In this document: positions 56,817-64,000 of the stretch, one piece after another
How positions within the stretch are numbered: position 1 is the stretch's first letter
How the letters are laid out: every line of letters starts with the position of its first letter
Origin: Bacteroidia bacterium
GTDB taxonomy: Bacteria; Bacteroidota; Bacteroidia; M30B66
Length of the DNA stretch: 64,000 bases
Reading direction: 5' to 3'
Assembly: GCA_965279035.1 (NCBI GenBank)
Contig: OZ257142.1
Span: forward strand, 576,001-640,000
The notes under the pieces: generated by a model
The model's input: only the letters and a program-made list of their open reading frames with translations
Databases searched by the model: none
Told to the model about the DNA's origin: nothing
Position numbers and translations under genes: made by a program

Positions 56817-57776
56817 TTATTTCCCGGCTAACACATCTTCAACCCAACCTTTTCCCCAATTCTCGATTTCGGACTGCGACCATAATTCGGGATAGAATAT
56901 CCGTTTTTGGAAACGCGGAGGAAGGTATTTCTGCCAGTTAGTTCCACCCGTTGCTTTGATGTCTTCCGGATCACGTTGGAGATAACGAACAGCGCTTTTG
57001 TAATGTGAAAGCGGCCAATTGATGTTGACTAAAATGTCGAAGGCGCGCATGGCCAATTTCATGTCACTTAAATCAGCTCCGTTTTTTTCTAATTGACGAT
57101 ACACAGCATATATGTTCGATTGAACGTTGCTCTCGGCCAACTCGATTAGTTGCTTGCTATATTTCTTCTCGAATTGCTCCAATGTGAGTGTTTTCTTTCC
57201 AGTAGCCAATTCGGTAGCTCCAGCTTGCCAATAGATATATTTGAATTGTTCGGCGATACTTGATTGAGTTCCTTCAAATTTGGAACGATAGTCTTTATCA
57301 ACTAAATGAATAAAATCGGTGGCAAAAATCTCCACCATCCGATACTGTGCACTTTGAAAACCAGATGCAGGTAAAAGCGACATACGGAACTGCAGAAACT
57401 GCTCTCGATCCATTCCATCCACCATCACTTCAAACGAATGGGTTAGATTCATGAAATAACGATTCACGCGTTTCAAACGGTTGATGGTAAACTTTAAATC
57501 AGGTTCCGATTGTGCACCAATCTGCTTCAACTCATGTAAACTGAGCTTAAAATATAACTCAGTTATCTGGTGATACATGATGAAGATTTCCTCGTCGGGA
57601 AAGCTTGTACGTGGATTTTGAAGACTCAACAAAGTATCAAGATGTATATAATCCCAATAAGTGAGAAAATCGGCGTGTAGCAAGCCGTCGAGATAGGAAC
57701 GTAAATCCTGTCCCATGGCTGCATATTTCTTCTGCAAAAGATCGATGCGGGAAAGGATGTCTTCGGAAATTTCCAT
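56817..57776 (-). CDS. kynA: Tryptophan 2,3-dioxygenase
   Basis: YWDYIHLDTLL, FIMYHQITELYFK, PASGFQSAQYR, ATGGT. Confidence 0.93.
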   Translation of the reverse strand: MEISEDILSRIDLLQKKYAAMGQDLRSYLDGLLHADFLTYWDYIHLDTLLSLQNPRTSFPDEEIFIMYHQITELYFKLSLHELKQIGAQSEPDLKFTINRLKRVNRYFMNLTHSFEVMVDGMDREQFLQFRMSLLPASGFQSAQYRMVEIFATDFIHLVDKDYRSKFEGTQSSIAEQFKYIYWQAGATELATGKKTLTLEQFEKKYSKQLIELAESNVQSNIYAVYRQLEKNGADLSDMKLAMRAFDILVNINWPLSHYKSAVRYLQRDPEDIKATGGTNWQKYLPPRFQKRIFYPELWSQSEIENWGKGWVEDVLAGK

Positions 57777-57876
57777 TCTTTAGCGTGATTGAGGTAGGGC
57801 AAACATAGGTAAAAAGGTAGAATAGAATGAGCCATTTCGAGGTATTCTATCCGAATTACGGTTGAGAAAACCAGCC

Positions 57877-58440
57877 TTATTTTTTCTTCAAAAAGCAATC
57901 TTTCACGTGATCGTTTACCATGCCAGCAGCTTGCATATATGCGTAACAAATGGTAGTGCCAACAAAGGTAAATCCGCGTTTTTTCAAAGCTTTGCTCATC
58001 TCATCACTTTCGGGCGTGGATGCAGGAATTTCGCTCGTCGATTTACGTTTCCCATCGAGTGTTTTGCCTCCAGTAAACTGCCAGATATACGCATCGAATG
58101 TTCCATATTCTTTCTGGATTTCAAGAAACGCTCGTGCATTTTTGATTGTGCCGTCAATTTTCAAGCGATTTCGAATGATGCCTTCATCTTCCATCAACAT
58201 AGCCACATGTTCTTCGGTGAACTTGGCCACTTTTTTAGGATCAAATCCAGCAAATGCATTTCGAAAACCTGCTCTGCGATTGAGTATTGTTTGCCAACTC
58301 AAACCAGCTTGAAAGCTATCAAGCACAATAAATTCAAAGTGTTTGCGGTCGTCATGTACCGGAATTCCCCATTCGGTATCATGATATTCTCGCATGTTTT
58401 CAGTTTTCATGCACCAGCCGCAGCGGATCAGTTCGCTCAT
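57877..58440 (-). CDS. tag: DNA-3-methyladenine glycosylase I
   Basis: RCGW, YHDTEWG, QAGLSW, IIRNRLKI, FVGTTICYAYMQAAGMVNDH...C. Confidence 0.96.
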   Translation of the reverse strand: MSELIRCGWCMKTENMREYHDTEWGIPVHDDRKHFEFIVLDSFQAGLSWQTILNRRAGFRNAFAGFDPKKVAKFTEEHVAMLMEDEGIIRNRLKIDGTIKNARAFLEIQKEYGTFDAYIWQFTGGKTLDGKRKSTSEIPASTPESDEMSKALKKRGFTFVGTTICYAYMQAAGMVNDHVKDCFLKKK

Positions 58441-58561
58441 CGTTCATTTTTTAAATGCGGAAAATACCAAATTCATCTATGAACAATCGTGTTAATGAAT
58501 TTTAATCTCTTATAATTTCTACTAATTACTCATGCTCTATCTTCGCACGAAATCCTTTCTC

Positions 58562-60079
58562 ATGCTCCGATTGCTCACCGGGGTTTTTGTGCTCCTTGGA
58601 AATTTTCTTTTAGCGCAAACATCCTCCATCATTTCTCAAGAGGCATTCTTCCAAATTCCTGGAAGAGAATTACCTGCAACAAGCGATATTTCTGCAAAAG
58701 TTCAAGGATCAGCAAGTCCCGATTCTATCTTTTTTGATGTGTATGTGACCGATGATCAAGTTCTTCCCAATACAGCTGGCACAGGCGATCGTATTGAAAT
58801 TTGGTTTGGATCACCTTGGGTAAATTTTAGCGATTACATCATCGGAGAAAAAGGAAAGAAAACCTTTGTCTTTCGCAATACAGCCGAAGCGGGCGATGAC
58901 GCTAATTTGGAGCGTTTTGTTCGCGATGCCGATTATCCCAAAGGGAAACTGAAAGATGCTGAAACAGGTAAAGATGTAAAACCTGTAGTTCCCGATGCAA
59001 GTAGTTTACGCAGGGAATATGTGTTTTTCGGTATGACGCGTTTTGGTTTTTCTGCCTCACAACAAGCCGCTAAACAACTCGATCGAGATAAATATGGTCC
59101 ATTTGAAAAGCAAACAGGTTTAACATTGGATGATTTATCGCCATTTGTGAATTATACAGTCACGAAAACCGCTACTGGATTGCATTATCATGTTTCCATG
59201 CATAACCATTGTTTGGGTTTTGGAAGAGCACTTTCGATGAATAAAATGCGATTTGTGGTGGATGTGATAGACGTTGATCAAGGCGAAGAAAAAGAACAAA
59301 CCATCAGTTCTTCCGCTAACCGATTTTATGGAAGACCATTTTATTTTAATCAAGCTGAATTGCCGTTTCATTTGAATATCATGCCTTTGGCTGTTCCCAA
59401 TAAAATCATCGAACGGATGCAAATCAATCTCGATGTAATTTATTCAGGAGGAACTTGGAAAGCATTTGGTTTTAATAGCGGTGGAATTGTTTATGCCAAA
59501 GACTTTGTATCAGAAGCACTAAGCGAGTTCTATTTTTATCCAATACAGCTCAACTTTTATCCATCTACACCAAAACAAGAACAGGCGTTCGACCGACTCG
59601 ATTTAATGTATGATGATGTGAGTATTTTCCGTCAACACGAGGTATACATTCTCATCAACAATCAGATTTATTCAGGGAAAGACTATCGTTTTTCTCATTC
59701 CATACCCAACAATTTCTTTAACACCGTTTTCAAATTACCTGATGGAAATATTGCCATGGTACTTTATGACTATGAAGCCGTTGATCCACTAGGTTTTGGT
59801 AAATATGGAAATACTGCCGATGAGTTTATTTTTATTGAGAAAATAACGGCAAATGGAACCGAAGCGCTTTTTAATATTGGACAACGTATCGAAGCTTCTT
59901 CCACTTTGGTTGTTGGAGAAACAAATCAACTCAAGATCACTAACGTAAAAGAAGTGACATACGCTTGGGTTGAATTTGGGAAACTTTTCGAAGTGCGAAT
60001 TAAAGGGCTAACATCTGAATCTAGCCGCACCTTGCGATACCGAATTGATGAATTTGGTAAAGTGATCGACTCGAAATGA
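58562..60079 (+). CDS. Exported hypothetical protein, possible CBM9/DOMON-like N-terminal domain
   Basis: Long ORF with signal peptide; DSIFFDVYVTDD...GDRIEIWF; -7-like TATCTTCG at 58538 supports ATG 58562. Confidence 0.7.
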   Translation: MLRLLTGVFVLLGNFLLAQTSSIISQEAFFQIPGRELPATSDISAKVQGSASPDSIFFDVYVTDDQVLPNTAGTGDRIEIWFGSPWVNFSDYIIGEKGKKTFVFRNTAEAGDDANLERFVRDADYPKGKLKDAETGKDVKPVVPDASSLRREYVFFGMTRFGFSASQQAAKQLDRDKYGPFEKQTGLTLDDLSPFVNYTVTKTATGLHYHVSMHNHCLGFGRALSMNKMRFVVDVIDVDQGEEKEQTISSSANRFYGRPFYFNQAELPFHLNIMPLAVPNKIIERMQINLDVIYSGGTWKAFGFNSGGIVYAKDFVSEALSEFYFYPIQLNFYPSTPKQEQAFDRLDLMYDDVSIFRQHEVYILINNQIYSGKDYRFSHSIPNNFFNTVFKLPDGNIAMVLYDYEAVDPLGFGKYGNTADEFIFIEKITANGTEALFNIGQRIEASSTLVVGETNQLKITNVKEVTYAWVEFGKLFEVRIKGLTSESSRTLRYRIDEFGKVIDSK

Positions 60080-60171
60080 TTTTTTAGGAATTACCGCACC
60101 CGTAAAGGGTTGTATGTTGATTCATTTCTAGCGTTATTTGCCCCTCACAAATTGAAACCGTTCCCCAAACT

Positions 60172-62355
60172 ATGAAACGTTTAATTATTATCTGTCTCGT
60201 ACTTGCAGGTATGTCGTCTCAACACGTTGCTCGCGCCGACGAAGGCATGTGGCTTCCGCTGTTGCTCAAGCGATTGAATTACGACGACATGAAGAAAAAA
60301 GGCTGTAAGTTGACTGCCGATGAAATCTATAACATCAATACTTCCAGTTTAAAGGATGCTGTTGTGATGTTAAGTGGTGGTTCCTGTTCGGCCGAAGCGA
60401 TATCATCACAAGGTCTTTTACTTACCAATCACCACTGTGGATACGAAGCTATTCAAACCAATTCGAGTGTAGAACACGATTATCTCACCAATGGTTTTTA
60501 TGCAAAATCGCATGCAGAAGAATTGCCTTCAGGTGGTATTACTGCTTCATTCCTTGTTCGTATTGAAGATGTAACTCAACGCATTTTAGCTGAATTAAAT
60601 CCTTCTATGAGCGAAGGTGAGCGTACTGCAAAAGTGCGTCAGCTTTATAAAACGATTGAGAAAGAAGCTACCGAAGGAACTGGCTATGATGCAGCAGTAA
60701 AAGGCTTTTTTGATGGAAATGAGTTTTACCTTTTTGTTTACGAGACCTTTACAGACGTACGTTTGGTTGGTGCTCCACCTGAATCGGTAGGAAAATTTGG
60801 TGGCGATACCGACAATTGGATGTGGCCTCGTCATACAGGTGACTTCAGTTTATTGCGAGTTTATGCTGGACCAGACAATAAACCTGCTGCATTTTCACCC
60901 GAAAATCAACCCTATAAACCCAAGCATTTTCTTCCTGTTTCATTAGATGGTGTGAAAGAAGATGATTTCACTATGGTGATGGGATATCCAGGAAGAACTG
61001 ATCGTTACCTTACTTCGTATGGTGTTCAAATGGCTTTGGATTTAAGCAATCCAGCTGTAGTTAAAATCCGCGACAAGAAGTTGAAGCTCATGAAGGAAGA
61101 TATGGATGCTAGTACCGAAATCCGTATCAAATACGCTTCAACATACGCTCAAACAGCCAACTACTGGAAGTATTTTATTGGACAAAGTCAGCAATTGAAA
61201 AACAACGGTGTTGTAGAAAAGAAAAAAGACTTAGAAAATAAGTTTCAAACCTGGGCTGGTCAAGATCCTCAACGACTTGCTAAATATGGTTATGCTTTGC
61301 GTGATTTAGAAACCGCATACAACGACATGCGAAAAGTTACGCTACTTCGTACATATTTGAACGAGGCGATTTTGCAAGGTGCTGGTGTTCCGTTTTTTGC
61401 TTATCAAATGAGCCAGTTGAAGGAAGTAATTGGCGATACGAGCAATCCTGCTGGTGTGGCTGAAGCCATAGCTGAAGTTCGTGAAGCAGGTAAAGGATTT
61501 TACAAAGACTTTAATCTAGGAACAGATAAAAAATTGTTAGAGGCAATGCTTCAACTCTATTCTGAAGGAATTGCCAAAGAACAACAACCTGCTCTTCTCG
61601 ATTCTATTCGTTTAAAATACAATGGAAATTTCAAAAGTTATGTGGAAGATTTATATGCACGTTCTGTATTTTCTTCTATCGATAAATTCAACAATTTCTT
61701 AGATAATCCAACGGTTGAGGTTCTTGAAAAAGATCCCGCTTCTGAATTAAGCTCTGCTTTCTTGAAGAATTTTATCACGAATTATCGTCCTCAAATAACA
61801 GAGATACAATCGCGTATCGACAAAGGAAACCGTGCTTTTGTAGCTGGTTTACGTGAGATGATGCCCGATAAAAAATTCTACCCGAATGCGAATTCAACCA
61901 TGCGCTTAACTTATGGACAGGTGAAAGACTATGATCCACGCGACGCAGTTGAATATCTTGAATTTACTACCCTTAAAGGAGTAATTGAAAAAGAAGATGC
62001 ATCAAATCCTGAATTCTACGTTCCAGCTGGATTAAAAGAGTTGTACAAAAATAAAGATTACGGTATTTATGCCGAAAAAGGGGAAATCCACACCTGCTTC
62101 ATTTCTACCAACGACATTACCGGAGGAAATTCTGGAAGTCCCGTTATTAATGGGAAAGGTCAACTTATTGGTTGTGCTTTTGACGGGAATTGGGAAGCCA
62201 TGAGTGGAGATATTTTCTTTGAAGACAAAGTTCAAAGGACCATTTCTGCCGACATTCGTTACATTCTTTTCCTTATTGACAAATTAGGTGGAGCAGGTAA
62301 CATTGTTGACGAAATGCAACTGATGCGTAAAGGTAAAATTGTGAAACGATCTTAA
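60172..62355 (+). CDS. dpp7: S46 family dipeptidyl peptidase, DPP7 type
   Basis: ADEGMW, TNHHC, DNWMWPRHTGDF, TGGNSGSP; FDGNWE (Gly at the S1 position, where DPP11 has Arg). Confidence 0.9.
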   Translation: MKRLIIICLVLAGMSSQHVARADEGMWLPLLLKRLNYDDMKKKGCKLTADEIYNINTSSLKDAVVMLSGGSCSAEAISSQGLLLTNHHCGYEAIQTNSSVEHDYLTNGFYAKSHAEELPSGGITASFLVRIEDVTQRILAELNPSMSEGERTAKVRQLYKTIEKEATEGTGYDAAVKGFFDGNEFYLFVYETFTDVRLVGAPPESVGKFGGDTDNWMWPRHTGDFSLLRVYAGPDNKPAAFSPENQPYKPKHFLPVSLDGVKEDDFTMVMGYPGRTDRYLTSYGVQMALDLSNPAVVKIRDKKLKLMKEDMDASTEIRIKYASTYAQTANYWKYFIGQSQQLKNNGVVEKKKDLENKFQTWAGQDPQRLAKYGYALRDLETAYNDMRKVTLLRTYLNEAILQGAGVPFFAYQMSQLKEVIGDTSNPAGVAEAIAEVREAGKGFYKDFNLGTDKKLLEAMLQLYSEGIAKEQQPALLDSIRLKYNGNFKSYVEDLYARSVFSSIDKFNNFLDNPTVEVLEKDPASELSSAFLKNFITNYRPQITEIQSRIDKGNRAFVAGLREMMPDKKFYPNANSTMRLTYGQVKDYDPRDAVEYLEFTTLKGVIEKEDASNPEFYVPAGLKELYKNKDYGIYAEKGEIHTCFISTNDITGGNSGSPVINGKGQLIGCAFDGNWEAMSGDIFFEDKVQRTISADIRYILFLIDKLGGAGNIVDEMQLMRKGKIVKRS

Positions 62356-62375
62356 AATTCACAAACTCTAAATCG

Positions 62376-62409
62376 AAAACGGAAGTCAAACAATGGCTTC
62401 CGTTTTTTT
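62376..62409 (+). terminator. Rho-independent terminator
   Basis: AAAACGGAAGTCA / TGGCTTCCGTTTT stem plus T-run after dpp7. Confidence 0.8.
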
Positions 62410-62454
62410 ATGCTTTTATTTTCGGTATTTTACAATCTCTATCAAACTTACCAC

Positions 62455-63084
62455 ATGAAACGGATTATTTTCTTTGCCTTTTTGCTTTTACCAGCACTTG
62501 GCTATTCTCAGGTAAGCAAACCAGGAAGGGTTTCTCTAGGAGTTCGATCTACGATGAGTTTATTTAATCACGGAAATGTAAAAGACTTTGGATATGGAAT
62601 GGGAGGGCATTTTCGAGTTCAGCTTACCAATCGAGTGAATACAGAATGGTTTGCCGATTATTTAACGAACAATTCTGGTAATTCTGGTTATCGTCAGGAT
62701 GGACATATTGGTTGGTCGGTCATGTATTATTTAGTTGAGACGAACGATTTTCAGCGAAAATTCACACCATATATTGTTGCAGGACATTGTTTCGACTATT
62801 CGAAATTAACGGTTCGTCCTGATGGAAACAATAATGTCTTAGTGGCCTTGCCACAAACCGGAACCCGTTGGACATCAGCAATTCAAACAGGTATTGGAAC
62901 ACATTATAATATCAGTTCTAAATTCGATATTTCTCTAGCAGCTCAATACATGATGCATTTTGGAAAAGATTTAGAAGTAGAAGAATCACCTGTTAGGCAA
63001 GTTGTTGTGGAATTCGCTCACAAAGGAATAGAAGGACATTTACTGATCTCATTAAGTGCTAACATTAAACTTGTCAGAGAATGA
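62455..63084 (+). CDS. Outer-membrane beta-barrel protein
   Basis: Signal peptide MKRIIFFAFLLLPALGYSQ; amphipathic strands; PYIVAGHCFD. Confidence 0.7.
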   Translation: MKRIIFFAFLLLPALGYSQVSKPGRVSLGVRSTMSLFNHGNVKDFGYGMGGHFRVQLTNRVNTEWFADYLTNNSGNSGYRQDGHIGWSVMYYLVETNDFQRKFTPYIVAGHCFDYSKLTVRPDGNNNVLVALPQTGTRWTSAIQTGIGTHYNISSKFDISLAAQYMMHFGKDLEVEESPVRQVVVEFAHKGIEGHLLISLSANIKLVRE

Positions 63085-63647
63085 AAAAGCATCTTATCGT
63101 TTTTTTTAGTCTGCTCGTTTATTATTCGGCTAATTCGCAAGGAACTTTTTCCAAAACACATGGATTTAGATGGATGGGAACTTTTGCACCGGGCGTTTTT
63201 ACTGCGAATGGAGCAACATCCATCTATTTTGCTGGCGATTGGGATTATTACTTCAACGAACATATTTCGATGAATGGTGAAGGGCAGTATTTTCTTTCAA
63301 AACTATCAGGAAACAGCAGCATAAACAGTTATCATGCTTTGCTTTGGGGAATGAATTATCACTTCACTCTAAACAAACAACTCGATCCTTTTTTTGGTAT
63401 GGAACCCGGTTTGGGCTTTGTTGATGGTGTTCGACTTTTAGGGTCTAAACCCAGGAAATTTGAAACAGTTCCGCTCATTACTTTTTCGGCAGGAACCAAC
63501 TTTTATGTTGGATCCATCTTTCACTTCTTTGTAAAAGTCCGCTATCTTCAAGGACAATCTCTTTCTGCAACCGATTACCATCTTTCATTAAGCGAATTCC
63601 GATTTATGGCTGGTTTAGGACTGAACTTAGGAATCAAAAAGCGTTGA
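63081..63647 (+). CDS. Outer-membrane beta-barrel protein
   Basis: Signal peptide; GMNYHF, DPFFGMEPG, GTNFYV, FMAGLGLNL strands; ATGA overlap with the upstream gene. Confidence 0.7.
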   Translation: MKKHLIVFFSLLVYYSANSQGTFSKTHGFRWMGTFAPGVFTANGATSIYFAGDWDYYFNEHISMNGEGQYFLSKLSGNSSINSYHALLWGMNYHFTLNKQLDPFFGMEPGLGFVDGVRLLGSKPRKFETVPLITFSAGTNFYVGSIFHFFVKVRYLQGQSLSATDYHLSLSEFRFMAGLGLNLGIKKR

Positions 63648-63648
63648 A

Positions 63649-64000
63649 TTATTCACTTAGAGTTGATGGATATTTCATCTTGAGGCCATCTAAATATTCA
63701 ACAATTATTGATGCAATGAGAAAATCCTTGTACCAGTTTTGGTCCGATGGAATGATATGCCATTTAGCACTTTCGCTACATTCTACAAAAATATCCTCTA
63801 ATGCTTCTCGGTATTGGGGCCAAAATTTCGCCTCGGCTAAGTCAGAAGCTTTGTATTTCCAACGTTTCTCAGGGTTTGATAAACGTTCCTCAAAACGTTC
63901 ATTCTGCTCTTCTTCCGAAATATGGAGATAGAATTTCAAAATATGCGTTCCGGAATCTCTTAATAATGCTTCCCATGCATTGATATGAGCAAATCGACGC
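63649..64000 (-). CDS. ppk2: Polyphosphate kinase 2 family protein (3' part, runs off the window end)
   Basis: Frame open to the window end; ILKFYLHISEEEQNERFEERL..P.KRWK...D, WHIIPSDQNWY. Confidence 0.92.
   Translation of the reverse strand, partial: RRFAHINAWEALLRDSGTHILKFYLHISEEEQNERFEERLSNPEKRWKYKASDLAEAKFWPQYREALEDIFVECSESAKWHIIPSDQNWYKDFLIASIIVEYLDGLKMKYPSTLSE

Noticed and set aside
57862-58482. 206-aa plus-strand ORF
   Set aside because: Antisense shadow of the well-supported tag gene, with no recognisable motifs
1-64000. CRISPR array, rRNA, IS elements, prophage or defence island
   Set aside because: I recognised no regularly spaced repeats or hallmark genes

Overview
AT-rich chromosomal segment from a Bacteroidota bacterium. 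The evidence is six T9SS cargo proteins, TAnnTTTG-type -7 promoters, a fused ccoNO, an S46 peptidase and kynurenine-pathway genes. I found no rRNA, CRISPR array, integrase or transposase. Main blocks: radA; tRNA-Ala(GGC) preceded by a truncated copy of itself in which part of the D-loop and the whole anticodon arm are replaced by TCCCGAT..ATCGGGA palindromes; a ~17 kb microoxic-respiration cluster (Cys-rich Fnr, pentaheme cytochrome c with a T9SS secretion domain, FG-GAP/ASPIC T9SS protein, degenerate Ric-like protein, ccoI-ccoS-ccoNO-Q-P-G-fixH-DsbD-like-hemN) with tandem TGA-N6-TCA boxes at two promoters; aspS; a CarH/LitR-type B12 photoreceptor, ECF sigma, crtB and ispH module without crtI; riboflavin synthase; recQ; kynU-kmo; an MFS transporter; a two-component system upstream of a secreted metalloprotease; Fur-boxed feoAB with an unannotated small Cys/His lipoprotein; kynA; tag; dpp7; two beta-barrels; and a partial ppk2. 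The best candidates for undescribed biology are the T9SS-secreted multiheme cytochrome inside the Fnr/cbb3 cluster and the palindrome-remodelled tRNA duplicate. All assignments come from motif recognition by eye; no database searches were run.
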